Shown here piece by piece: positions 43,192 to 52,439 of a DNA stretch of 62,642 nucleotides (its first letter is position 1; every line of letters begins with the position of its first letter). Under the pieces are notes generated by a model that saw only the letters and a list, made by a program, of their open reading frames with translations, was not told the DNA's origin and did not search any database. The position numbers were made by a program, and so were the translations under genes. This stretch comes from an uncultured Gammaproteobacteria bacterium. Its GTDB lineage: Bacteria > Patescibacteriota > Patescibacteriia > Patescibacteriales > WJLG01. The DNA lies in assembly GCA_964602485.1 (NCBI GenBank), contig CAZRQU010000004.1, positions 946-63,587 of the forward strand, read 5' to 3'.

Positions 43192-45444
43192 CTAATCTTT
43201 TTTATATCCGCATTCTTTGTTGGAGCATTTTATCTCTCCTTTGGTGTCTTCTATCAGGAGTGATGAGCAGTCCGGGCATTTTTCTCCGTTCGGCTTGCCC
43301 CAGAAGGCTGTTTTACATTCCGGATATTGATTGCAGGCGTAAAATATTCCTCGCCGGCTTTTTTTGGCGATTATGTCGCCTTTTTTACAAACCGGACATT
43401 TTACCCCGGTCGAACTATTGCTGTTTTCCGAAATGGATTTGATGTTTCGGCATTTGGGAAAGCCCGAGCAGGCTAGAAATGGTCCGTATTTACCATTTTT
43501 TATCACCATTGCCTCTCCGCACTTATCACATTTTTCGTTTTGGTATTTCTTTTTCAGTTTTTCCAGATTGTCGTCTTTTTCTTCTTCTTTGATATCTCCG
43601 TTCTTGTCCAAAGATTTTACGTTCTTACATTCAGGAAAGCCCGAACAGGCCAGGAATTGTCCGAAGCGGCCGGTTTTTATTACCATTGGTTTGCCGCATT
43701 TGTCGCAAACCTCTTCGGTCTCTTTGACCGGCATAACATCCTCTTTTTTTATTTCTTCTTGTTTTTTTTTCAGGTTCATATGGAAGGGTTTATAGAAATT
43801 TTTTATTATAGGTTGCCATTTTTTTTCTCCGTCGGAGATAAGGTCGAGATCGTTCTCCATTTCAGCTGTGAAGTCGTAATCCACTATGTCAGAGAAGTGC
43901 TTGGTCAATAGATCGTTGACCACCATGGCAATCTCGGTCGGCTGTAATTTTTTATTGTCGTCCCTTTCCACATAATGTCTGGCGATTATGGTAGCTATAG
44001 TCGGAGCGTATGTTGAAGGTCGGCCAATTCCGTGTTTCTCCAGTTCTTTGACCAGACTAGCATCTGAATATCTGGCTGGAGGTTTGGTGAAGTGTTGCTC
44101 TTTGTTGATCTTAAGCAGATCTATTTTTTCACCTTCGTTTACTTCCGGCAACTGGGTTTCAGTGCTTTTTTCCGGGTATATCTTCAGGTAACCTTTAAAA
44201 TCTATAGTTTGGCCGTTAGCTCGGAATTGATAATCAGTGCTTTGCGCCTTAACATCGATGATGGTGGCATTTATAACAGCTTCTGGCATCTGGCTGGCCA
44301 TTGCTCTTTGCCAAATGAGTTTATATAACTTGTATTGATTATTGTTCAAGGATGATCTGAGTGATTCGGGTGAACGCATGGCTTCAGTGGGGCGGATGGC
44401 CTCATGAGCTTCTTGAGCGCCCTTGCTTTTAGTTTTGAAATATCTTGGTTTTTCACGCAAATATTCCTTATCAAGGTTTTGCTTTATGTATTCACGAGCG
44501 TCTTCTAGGAATTTTTGTGAAAGGTTCAAGGAGTCGGTTCTCATATAGGTTATCAAACCAAGAGATCCCTCTCCCTTTATTTCGATACCTTCATAGAGTT
44601 GCTGGGCTATCATCATTGTTTGTTTGGCTGAGAAGCCGAGCCAGCGATTAGCTGTTTGTTGCAAGGTGGAAGTAGTGAAAGGCGCCGGAGGATTCTTTTT
44701 GTTCTTTTTCTTTTCTACCTTACTCACTTCGTAAGATGCTTTGTCCAGATCTTTTAATATATCTTCTGCTTGCTTTTTATCTTTTATATCCAGCTTGCCC
44801 AAAGTTTTATCCTTTATTTTGTTCAACTTGGCTTCGAATTCATTTTTTTTCTCTGGCTGGAAATTAGCGGTTATATCCCAATATTCATCCGGTTTGAATT
44901 TTTGTATTTCCCTTTCCTTTTCAACGATCATTTTAACTGCCACCGATTGCACCCTTCCGGCAGATAGGCCTCTGGCCACTTTTTTCCAAAGGAAAGGTGA
45001 GAGTTCATAGCCAACCAAGCGATCCAGTACTCGTCTAGCTTGCTGAGCGTCAACCATTTTTTTGTTTAGGTCGCGAGGATTTTTCAAAGCTTCGGAAACG
45101 GCATCTTTGGTTATTTCGTGAAAGACTATCCTTTTGGTCTTTTCTTCAGGTAGATCAAGAGCCTTTACCAAATGCCAAGCGATCGCCTCTCCCTCTCGAT
45201 CTTCATCAGTAGCCAGTATGACCTTTTCAGCTTTTTGGCTGAGTTTTTTCAGGTTGTTCACGTTCTTCCTACTTTTGGAAGGTATTATGTAGCGGGGAGA
45301 AAAATTATTTTCTATGTCTATACCCATTTCGCTTTTAGGAAGGTCGCGAATATGGCCGAAAGATGACTCTACTTGATAATCTTTGCCCAGGAATTTATTG
45401 ATAGTTTTCGCCTTGGTCGGCGACTCGACTATTATTAGATCCAT
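43192..45444 (-). CDS. topA: DNA topoisomerase I
   Basis: Toprim (IVESPTKAKTI, TDEDREGE). Catalytic Tyr region GLITYMRTDS. Several C-terminal C4 zinc ribbons (CDKCG..CSGFPECKN). Confidence 0.95.
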   Translation of the reverse strand: MDLIIVESPTKAKTINKFLGKDYQVESSFGHIRDLPKSEMGIDIENNFSPRYIIPSKSRKNVNNLKKLSQKAEKVILATDEDREGEAIAWHLVKALDLPEEKTKRIVFHEITKDAVSEALKNPRDLNKKMVDAQQARRVLDRLVGYELSPFLWKKVARGLSAGRVQSVAVKMIVEKEREIQKFKPDEYWDITANFQPEKKNEFEAKLNKIKDKTLGKLDIKDKKQAEDILKDLDKASYEVSKVEKKKNKKNPPAPFTTSTLQQTANRWLGFSAKQTMMIAQQLYEGIEIKGEGSLGLITYMRTDSLNLSQKFLEDAREYIKQNLDKEYLREKPRYFKTKSKGAQEAHEAIRPTEAMRSPESLRSSLNNNQYKLYKLIWQRAMASQMPEAVINATIIDVKAQSTDYQFRANGQTIDFKGYLKIYPEKSTETQLPEVNEGEKIDLLKINKEQHFTKPPARYSDASLVKELEKHGIGRPSTYAPTIATIIARHYVERDDNKKLQPTEIAMVVNDLLTKHFSDIVDYDFTAEMENDLDLISDGEKKWQPIIKNFYKPFHMNLKKKQEEIKKEDVMPVKETEEVCDKCGKPMVIKTGRFGQFLACSGFPECKNVKSLDKNGDIKEEEKDDNLEKLKKKYQNEKCDKCGEAMVIKNGKYGPFLACSGFPKCRNIKSISENSNSSTGVKCPVCKKGDIIAKKSRRGIFYACNQYPECKTAFWGKPNGEKCPDCSSLLIEDTKGEIKCSNKECGYKKD

Positions 45445-45445
45445 T

Positions 45446-46534
45446 TTAGGTGGTTATATAGCGATTATTACCTATATTCTTCGCTAATTTTTTTATTTCC
45501 AATATAATTAGTGTACTATTTATAACTTTCGTGTCAAGTTTTGTCAAATTGACCAGCTCTTCTATATGGAGGGGTTTTTCAGATAATGATCCCAAAACAG
45601 TTCTTTCATTTTCAGATATGTCGTCGGGAAGTTTGCATTCTTTTTTTGTTTTTTCCAAGTTTAAGCTTTGAAGAACATCGTCTGCTTCAAGCACTGCAAC
45701 TGCCCCTCTTTTTATCAGGCCATTACCCCCGGCAGCCATGGTTCGATCTATATCTCCGGGAACAGCGAATATCTCTCGATCTTGTTCAAGGGCCAGATAG
45801 GCGGTTATCAATGATCCGGAATTTTTCCTCCCCTCCACCATAAATGTTCCGCGGGACATTCCTGATATTATTCTATTCCTTTGCGGGAAGTTTTGCTTTA
45901 AAGGGGGAGTGTTCAAGGGGAATTCGGATATTATGCCTCCACCGGAATCAAGGATATCTTTTGCCAAGGAAAAATTTCTTTGCGGATATATTTTGTTTAT
46001 ACCAGAACCCAACACGGCAATGGTCTTTGTTTTGGATTCCAGAGCTTTTTTGTGAGCCAGGGAATCTATGCCTATGGCCAGGCCGCTGATGATGACCAAT
46101 CCATTGTCTGCCAGGTCAGATATTATAGTATTTATTATTTGTTGTCCGTATTTGGTGTATTTTCTGGCCCCGACCACAGCCAGTGAACGTTCTTTTTGGT
46201 AGTTTATATCGCCTTTGTAGTATATAAGAGGCGGTGGGTCGGCTATCTCTGACAAAAGATCGGGATAGTTCGGCTCGCCCAAAACAGCTATCTTTATGCC
46301 TTGCTCTTTCATATACTTGAGCAATTCTTCGCCGTTCAATTCCTTTTTAAAGGCAAGAAACCTTTCAATGGTCGGTTCTTCGATGCCGGCTTCTTTCATT
46401 TGGTTGAACCCGGCAAAGAAGGCATCTTGCCAGGAAGGGAAGTGTGTTTTTAGTTTGAGTAATCTTTTCGGCCCAAATCCGTAAAATTGGTTCAAATAGA
46501 GCAAATACTTATATTTTTGCAAATATTGGTCCAT
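45446..46534 (-). CDS. dprA: DNA-processing protein DprA (Smf)
   Basis: AVVGARKYTKYGQ and ISGLAIGIDSLAHKKAL Rossmann-like core, plus a C-terminal winged-helix-like tail. Its stop is 1 nt from the topA start. Confidence 0.9.
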   Translation of the reverse strand: MDQYLQKYKYLLYLNQFYGFGPKRLLKLKTHFPSWQDAFFAGFNQMKEAGIEEPTIERFLAFKKELNGEELLKYMKEQGIKIAVLGEPNYPDLLSEIADPPPLIYYKGDINYQKERSLAVVGARKYTKYGQQIINTIISDLADNGLVIISGLAIGIDSLAHKKALESKTKTIAVLGSGINKIYPQRNFSLAKDILDSGGGIISEFPLNTPPLKQNFPQRNRIISGMSRGTFMVEGRKNSGSLITAYLALEQDREIFAVPGDIDRTMAAGGNGLIKRGAVAVLEADDVLQSLNLEKTKKECKLPDDISENERTVLGSLSEKPLHIEELVNLTKLDTKVINSTLIILEIKKLAKNIGNNRYITT

Positions 46535-46589
46535 TTTAAAAGGTGTTGACTAGGGAAAAATATTATGATAAGGTGTCATATCATTCAAT

Positions 46590-46839
46590 AAAAGGAGATA
46601 GTGTCCGGTTTACTACTTGTTCTTTCTTTTCATAAATATATTCCTCCTTGTATATTTATAAGAGGAGAGCAGGTAGTAATTTGGACATTATCACCGGCTT
46701 GACCGGATGATAATATACAAAATCCTGCTCAAGCTGTATTGGCTTTCAAATCACCCTCCTGATTTGCGGCCAAAGGGATTTCCCTTAACTTCTTGAGCAG
46801 GATCTTGTAAAAGCAAACGCCCTTGGATGGGGCGTTTTT
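46590..46839. ncRNA. Candidate structured RNA in the pth-dprA spacer (strand and identity unresolved)
   Basis: About 250 nt non-coding. Perfect 12-bp helix 46722-46733/46792-46803 enclosing smaller hairpins. Further helices tccggtttactac/gtagtaatttgga and atcaccgg/ccggatgat. Ends in hairpin aacgccc/ggggcgtt + T5 (46815-46839). Confidence 0.3.
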
Positions 46840-47383
46840 ATGTTGGCAGATCCATATTTTTTATGGTCTTTTCCAATATATCTCTTTCTTCTTGGTTGAA
46901 CTTTTCCAATACGGCTTTGATGGTAGGCACATTGCCCCTTTCTTTATTGTATATGCCTATTCTTATCCTTTGGAAGTTTTTGGTCTTCAAATTTTGGATT
47001 ATCGATTCAACCCCTCTATGGCCGGCGCTTCTTGAGTTTTTGGATATTTTGTATTCTCCCAGAGGGATATCTATATCATCATGAATGATTGTTAAGGATT
47101 CGGAAAGATCGGCGTTCTTTTCTTTGATCATTCCCAATCTTTTAGGCATCAGTTTATAATATGAAAGTATAGCTGCCACTGATCGGCCGGAATCGTTCAT
47201 GAAGGTTTGCGGTTTGGCGTAGATCGTTCGTCCATCTTTGGCGATCTCGGCTTTTAATTTCTTGTTGTTCTCCCAGCGCAAACATTTTTCTTCTATAACC
47301 TTGTCCAAGAAGATGAATCCGGCATTGTGTTTGGTGTTTTTATATTTTTCCCCGGGGTTGCCCAGGCCGATCATTACTTTCAT
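46838..47383 (-). CDS. pth: Peptidyl-tRNA hydrolase
   Basis: MKVMIGLGNPGEKYKNTKHNAGF.., HDDIDIPLG. Confidence 0.9.
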   Translation of the reverse strand: MKVMIGLGNPGEKYKNTKHNAGFIFLDKVIEEKCLRWENNKKLKAEIAKDGRTIYAKPQTFMNDSGRSVAAILSYYKLMPKRLGMIKEKNADLSESLTIIHDDIDIPLGEYKISKNSRSAGHRGVESIIQNLKTKNFQRIRIGIYNKERGNVPTIKAVLEKFNQEERDILEKTIKNMDLPT

Positions 47384-47386
47384 ATA

Positions 47387-48811
47387 TTATCCTGCTCTAC
47401 CGTGGACCTTGCGGTTATTGGCCACGTTTATTTTTATTGGGGTACCTAAAAATCCGTATTTTTCTCTCAGCTGGTTCTTTATGAAGCGAGCATAAGAATT
47501 ATCAAGATTGTCTTTAGAACCTATTCTTACTTTGAATTTAGGCGGGTCTATGTCGGTTTGGATTATCTCATATATTCTCGGCCTTTTCGTGCCTCCGCCC
47601 TTGGCTGGTTTGTGTATCTTTACTATTCGGTTCAAGAATTTGTTCAATTGGGATGAACTTAGCTCTATCTTTCTTTGCTCTTCCATCATTTCCAAGAGTT
47701 TTAATATCTGCTCCACCTTTGATCCGGTCAAGGCCGAGGTGAATTGTATCGGCACCCAGGTGGCGAATGGAAGTTTGGCATATATGTATTCTTTGTATTT
47801 TTCTGTTTCCTTTTTCAGGACCTTGTCCCATTTATTGGCTACTATGACCAGACTTTTCCCTTCTTTGGTTATTTTTTCCACCAAACGAGCATCTTGATGA
47901 GTTATCGGTTGGCTGACATCTATCACCAAAAGAACTATATCCGATTTTTTCAATGACGAAAGCGATCTTTTGACCCCATATTTCTCCAACCCTTTGCCAA
48001 CAGTCGCTCGTCTGCTTATTCCGGCTGTGTCTATGAAGGTTAAGGTCTTGTCTTTATAGGTTATCTCCATATCATTCGGCTCTCTGGTGGTGTGGGGAAT
48101 GTCGCTGACTATAACCTTTTCACTCCCTAGAAGTTTGTTGAAAAGGGAGGACTTTCCTACATTTGGCTTTCCAAGAATGCAGACTGATATATTTTCTTTT
48201 TGAGCTTCTTTTTTCTTTTTGATCTTCACTTTCCTTTTCTTTAGGGTGCTTACTATTTCGTCCAACAGGTCGCCTGTCCCTTTGCCGGTGATCGCAGATA
48301 CCGTAGCCGGTTCCCCTAAGCCTAATTTGTTGAATTCAGCTGCTTCATAGGATATCTTTTGTCCATCGACTTTGTTGGCCACTAATATCACTTTGTTCAT
48401 TTCTTTTTTTGGGACCATTCTTTTCAAGAGTCCGGCCATTTCTTTATCTTGAGGCAGGAGGCCTGTTTTCCCGTCAACTAAAAACAAAACCACATCAGCT
48501 TTGGTTATATAAGCAAGAGCTTGTTTTTGCACTTTGAGGTTTATCGAACTCTCTTTGCTTTGCTCCCCTTTAAGTAGTTTGTTTATCTTTTTTCGGCTGG
48601 CATTTTGAACTTCGTCCATTATTCCGCCAGTGTCCACTATTTCGAATTTTTTTCTTCCCCATTCCACGGTACCTACATTGCTATCTCGAGTGGTTCCGGG
48701 GACCTTTGAGGTTAGAGCTTTCTTTTTTTCTGTTAAGGTGTTGAAAAGAGTGGATTTACCGACATTGGTCCTTCCGAACACCACGACTAGTGGCAGGTTT
48801 TTTTCTTGCAT
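47387..48811 (-). CDS. der: Ribosome-biogenesis GTPase Der (EngA)
   Basis: Two G domains (GRTNVGKSTLFN/DTGG; GKPNVGKSSLFN/DTAG/NKWD) and a KH-like C-terminus. Confidence 0.95.
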   Translation of the reverse strand: MQEKNLPLVVVFGRTNVGKSTLFNTLTEKKKALTSKVPGTTRDSNVGTVEWGRKKFEIVDTGGIMDEVQNASRKKINKLLKGEQSKESSINLKVQKQALAYITKADVVLFLVDGKTGLLPQDKEMAGLLKRMVPKKEMNKVILVANKVDGQKISYEAAEFNKLGLGEPATVSAITGKGTGDLLDEIVSTLKKRKVKIKKKKEAQKENISVCILGKPNVGKSSLFNKLLGSEKVIVSDIPHTTREPNDMEITYKDKTLTFIDTAGISRRATVGKGLEKYGVKRSLSSLKKSDIVLLVIDVSQPITHQDARLVEKITKEGKSLVIVANKWDKVLKKETEKYKEYIYAKLPFATWVPIQFTSALTGSKVEQILKLLEMMEEQRKIELSSSQLNKFLNRIVKIHKPAKGGGTKRPRIYEIIQTDIDPPKFKVRIGSKDNLDNSYARFIKNQLREKYGFLGTPIKINVANNRKVHGRAG

Positions 48812-48821
48812 ATTTTTATCT

Positions 48822-50312
48822 TTATTCTTCAGTATTCTCTATACCCGATCTGGTCGGGTCGGCGTCTCGGCCTATTATTAATATGAAATCCGGTATTTCC
48901 GGATCATTCTCCTGACTAACATCGCCTTCTATATCCTCTCTTAGCCATTGTGGCACTTCAAAAGAGACCGAAGCACCTGTTTTTTCTTTAAGTATCTTAA
49001 GGGATTTTATCTTTTCTCCAAAAGAGAGATCGTAGATCGTTGACTTTTTGAAGTTCTTACGGCTGGAATTGCCGATCCTTATGACATCGAATCCGTATTT
49101 TTCCAGATCGACCGCTTCGCGATTAGCCAGTCCGTTCACCCAAGTTCCATTGCGTATTTCCAGGGTGGCGTTCTCTACGGAAACATCGCTTTTCTTCTCC
49201 AACGGAGCCTCTTCGAATATGTTATGAACCAAGTATTTTATTTCTTCGAAATCCCCGTTTCTGGGAAGCAGGACATAGGCTCCCTGTTCATTAATGGTGT
49301 TGTACAAAAGTCCATTAGGGCTATTGTCTAAAACCTTGGTTTCTATATCAGCGGTTTTTACATCTTTAAAATCCTTATATATCTTTATCATTTCCCATAT
49401 TTTCAGGTTGGTACTGATATGTTCTTTTAACTCGCCGATGATCCCGGTTAGGACTTGCGGTTTGAGCAGATAGTTGGTGGTGAGAAGCTTGTCTTTGGCA
49501 GCGGCAATTATCTTTTGTTGTCTGGCCGCCCTGGCGAAATCAGAGCCTTCTCTGCCCAAGGCATGTCGGGAACGGGCGTATTTTAGAGCTAACTCTCCAT
49601 CCATTTCCCGCCAGCCTTCCTCTATGTGCAAGTGTTCGAAGCGGGATTCATAATCCTCGTTATCCTCTTGCCCCGGGACAGGGTAGCGATAATCATCAAG
49701 GGTGTTAGCGACCTCAACTTCCAATCCTCCAAGTTTGTCCACTATGTTAACGAATCCTTCGAAATCCACTCGGACATAATAGTCTATTGGGATATCTAAA
49801 ATGTCGGAAAGGGCTTGTGAAATGGCCACTCCGCCTGATCCTTTTTCCTTGAATTCAGCAAAAGCATTTATGTTGTTCACTTTTGTCCATTGTCCATCTT
49901 CCACCGGAATACTTAGGTCACGGGGAATAGAGAGAAGCGACACCTTTTTTTCGGAAACTTTCAAGCTAGCCAGCATTATAGTGTCGGTCAGGTAGCCGCC
50001 GGCATGCTGTCTTCCTCCCATTCCCAAAAGCAACATATTTATCCTGTCATCATCTTCGCCTTTCAGACTCTTGTCCGAACTTTCCACTAATTGCTTTATC
50101 TGTCCTATGAAAGGTATCTTGTAGAAGAAAGAATCAGCTTGATCCGAGGAAATGATCTTGTTTGAGAATAATACAAAGCCGACCATTGCAAATATGGCCA
50201 GATATGAAAAGAACCTCAAGAAAAGTTTCCGTTTTCCTCTTTTTTCCATTTTCTTTTCTTCAGGCTTTGTTTGTGATCCTTGTTTTTTTTCTTTTAGGTT
50301 TATGACTTCCAT
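48822..50312 (-). CDS. LytR-CpsA-Psr (LCP) family cell-envelope phosphotransferase with LytR_C domain
   Basis: N-terminal TM. INMLLLGMGGRQHAGGYLTDTIMLASL and IPRDL... C-terminal LytR_C-like region (LEIRNGTWVNGLA). Confidence 0.85.
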   Translation of the reverse strand: MEVINLKEKKQGSQTKPEEKKMEKRGKRKLFLRFFSYLAIFAMVGFVLFSNKIISSDQADSFFYKIPFIGQIKQLVESSDKSLKGEDDDRINMLLLGMGGRQHAGGYLTDTIMLASLKVSEKKVSLLSIPRDLSIPVEDGQWTKVNNINAFAEFKEKGSGGVAISQALSDILDIPIDYYVRVDFEGFVNIVDKLGGLEVEVANTLDDYRYPVPGQEDNEDYESRFEHLHIEEGWREMDGELALKYARSRHALGREGSDFARAARQQKIIAAAKDKLLTTNYLLKPQVLTGIIGELKEHISTNLKIWEMIKIYKDFKDVKTADIETKVLDNSPNGLLYNTINEQGAYVLLPRNGDFEEIKYLVHNIFEEAPLEKKSDVSVENATLEIRNGTWVNGLANREAVDLEKYGFDVIRIGNSSRKNFKKSTIYDLSFGEKIKSLKILKEKTGASVSFEVPQWLREDIEGDVSQENDPEIPDFILIIGRDADPTRSGIENTEE

Positions 50313-50477
50313 GAGCTAGACCTTTTGATACTTAAAAACCACGAAATACCCTGTTTTATATCGAAAGCCGTTCTAAAGCCGTGTCCTTTTTAGGGCGCGA
50401 ATGAAAGCAATTGATCGGATCCAGGGGGGAATTCGCTAGTGTTATATATATTTCCATTATATCCATAAAAGATGATT

Positions 50478-50506
50478 TTGGCAACCTGAGATATTTTTGC
50501 TATAAT
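50478..50506 (+). promoter_or_regulatory. Near-consensus sigma70-type promoter (TTGGCA-N17-TATAAT)
   Basis: ttggca 50478-50483, 17-nt spacer, tataat 50501-50506. No protein-coding ORF with an RBS follows within ~300 nt. Confidence 0.6.
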
Positions 50507-50512
50507 ACCCTT

Positions 50513-50745
50513 AGAGAAGCTCCTACAAGGGCTCTAAAGAGAGCCCGTATTGAACAAGTTTTTGCCTAATTTCACATGTTGGCCCCAAAATTTTTCCAGG
50601 CTGAGGCCCGGGAGTGAGGGACCTTAAGGGAAAATTCACATGAACGATCCTTTTCGGGATCTTCTCGGCAGGCACCGTTTGTGTGATCTCTATCACTGAT
50701 AGAGGACCTATTTCGGTTACCCGCAAAAATCTTGTTTATTAGAAG
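50513..50745 (+). ncRNA. Candidate ~230-nt non-coding RNA (identity unknown)
   Basis: Lies downstream of the consensus promoter and upstream of a second promoter (ttgaaa-N16-tataat, 50758-50785) that serves the next gene. Hairpins gggctct/agagccc (~50529-50546), gatcc/ggatc (~50645-50660) and the 17-nt palindrome at 50687-50705. I could not match SRP, 6S, RNase P, tmRNA or riboswitch signatures. Confidence 0.3.
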
Positions 50746-50812
50746 GGGCTTTTCATTTTGAAAAAAAACGAATTTGCGTTATAATAATGAATAAGGAATA
50801 TAGCTTCTTCAC

Positions 50813-52387
50813 ATGAAAAAAACAAAAATAAAATCGATCAAAGGATTCCGGTTTTCTCTCTTAGCTTTATTAATTGGCTTTGTTTTTATTTTGCCTAATT
50901 CGGTCTTGGCGGCCGATCTTTTTATAGATCCAGATGATAAGGATAGAGAACCGGGAGACATTTTCCCGGTCACTTTAATGATAGAGTCTTCCGACCAAGC
51001 CGTTAATTCCATATCAGCTACTTTTGATTTTCCTTCCAATTTGATGGAAGTGGTCTCCGTTTCCAAAAAAGGTTCCATAATAGATCTTTGGACCACCGGT
51101 CCCAGCTTTTCCAATCGTTATGGCACGGTGGATTTCGAGGGCGTGGTTTTGGATCCGGGATTCAAAGGAGTAGCCGGCGAGATATTGACCGTTAATTTCA
51201 AGGCCAACAAGGAAGGTAAAGCTATCTTGCAATATTTTTATCCTAAGGTGTTGATAAACGACGGCCAGGATGAGAATGTTTTAAAAGATGCTCACAAAGC
51301 AGAGTTTTTTATAAAGGTGGAAGAGGAAGAAGGGCCGATCGGGGGTGATCCGGAAGCCGAGGCAATAGCTTCTACGACCGAGAAGGAAGAGAGTGAGAAC
51401 GAAGAAGAAAAAATTGAAGAAGAGGTGCTAGGAGAGGTTCCGGGAGCGGTTGCCATCAGATCATCCAGCCATCCGGACCCGGAAAAATGGTACAGTAATA
51501 ATACGGTTGAATTGTTTTGGGATATGCCGGATAAGGCCAAGGAGGTCAAGGTTTTGGCCAATATGTTCTCTACCAGTTCGCCTAAGGTGCACTATGATTA
51601 CCGTTTGGCCTCCAAAACACTGGAGGAAGTGGCAGATGGCAAGTGGTATTTTCATATACAATTGAAGAATGATGCCGGTTGGGGAGATATTGTCCATTTC
51701 CCTTTCAAGATAGATACCATTTCTCCGGCCGACCTTGAAGTGGAAACAGCTAGCGGGAGTGGAGAATTGATGATAAGCGCTCAGGACGGATTATCAGGCA
51801 TTGATAGATATGAGATAAATACTGACAATTCGACATCCACCTTTGTTTGGCGAAGCAGCGGGGAAGATATTTTAAAACTTTACGACCTTAAGGCCGGTGA
51901 ACATACTCTTTATATTACCGCCTATGATAAGGCCGGGAATCAGGCCAGCACTTCTTTTGAAATGTTTTTAGAAAATGATCTGCCCGCTCTGCCGGAAGGA
52001 GGCGAGGATTCCGGCACGGTTAAGGCCGGAGAAGATGAAGTAGAGAAAAAAAGAGCGGTAGTGGTCAATAATTTCAAGGGACTTGAATTCAAACGTTTTG
52101 ATCTCGGACTTTGGCAGATAGTTTCCATAGTATTGGCCGCTTTGGCTATTATCTTCTATATAAAGATATTGATACTCAAGAGAAAGCTTGATGGTTGCCG
52201 AAAAACAGCCTTCAAAAAGATGAGAACGGCTGAGAAGGTTTTGAACAGTGTTTATTCCATAATCTTCGATCAAGTGGGATATTTGGAAAGAGCTAAAAAA
52301 AGAAAAAAGAAACTGACCACTCAAGAGACCAAGGTTTTGAAAGAAATGAAAGACGCCTTGGAAGAAGTGGAATCAGAATATAAATAG
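50813..52387 (+). CDS. Secreted, C-terminally membrane-anchored protein with N-terminal cohesin-like domain
   Basis: Signal peptide. DIFPVTLMIESSDQAVNSISATFDFPSNLMEVVSVSKKGSIIDLW..GTVDFEGVV..ILTVNFKANKEG is the type of cohesin-like module seen in surface proteins of uncultivated lineages. Acidic linker. C-terminal TM IVSIVLAALAIIFYIKILIL. Confidence 0.55.
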   Translation: MKKTKIKSIKGFRFSLLALLIGFVFILPNSVLAADLFIDPDDKDREPGDIFPVTLMIESSDQAVNSISATFDFPSNLMEVVSVSKKGSIIDLWTTGPSFSNRYGTVDFEGVVLDPGFKGVAGEILTVNFKANKEGKAILQYFYPKVLINDGQDENVLKDAHKAEFFIKVEEEEGPIGGDPEAEAIASTTEKEESENEEEKIEEEVLGEVPGAVAIRSSSHPDPEKWYSNNTVELFWDMPDKAKEVKVLANMFSTSSPKVHYDYRLASKTLEEVADGKWYFHIQLKNDAGWGDIVHFPFKIDTISPADLEVETASGSGELMISAQDGLSGIDRYEINTDNSTSTFVWRSSGEDILKLYDLKAGEHTLYITAYDKAGNQASTSFEMFLENDLPALPEGGEDSGTVKAGEDEVEKKRAVVVNNFKGLEFKRFDLGLWQIVSIVLAALAIIFYIKILILKRKLDGCRKTAFKKMRTAEKVLNSVYSIIFDQVGYLERAKKRKKKLTTQETKVLKEMKDALEEVESEYK

Positions 52388-52439
52388 AACAATAAAAGCC
52401 GGTCTCGAGGAGGGCCGGTTTTTTTGTTATACTATTTAT

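Noticed and set aside
50313-50470. Riboswitch in the ~150-nt 5' region of the LCP gene (minus strand)
   Set aside because: Some helices (gcgaat..attcgc) and a repeated acggcttt are present. I could not match any riboswitch consensus (ydaO, TPP and cobalamin were checked by eye).
50523-50726. 67-aa minus-strand ORF inside the candidate ncRNA
   Set aside because: It has a TTG start without an RBS and runs antisense to a consensus-promoter-driven region. It also spans the tetO-like palindrome.
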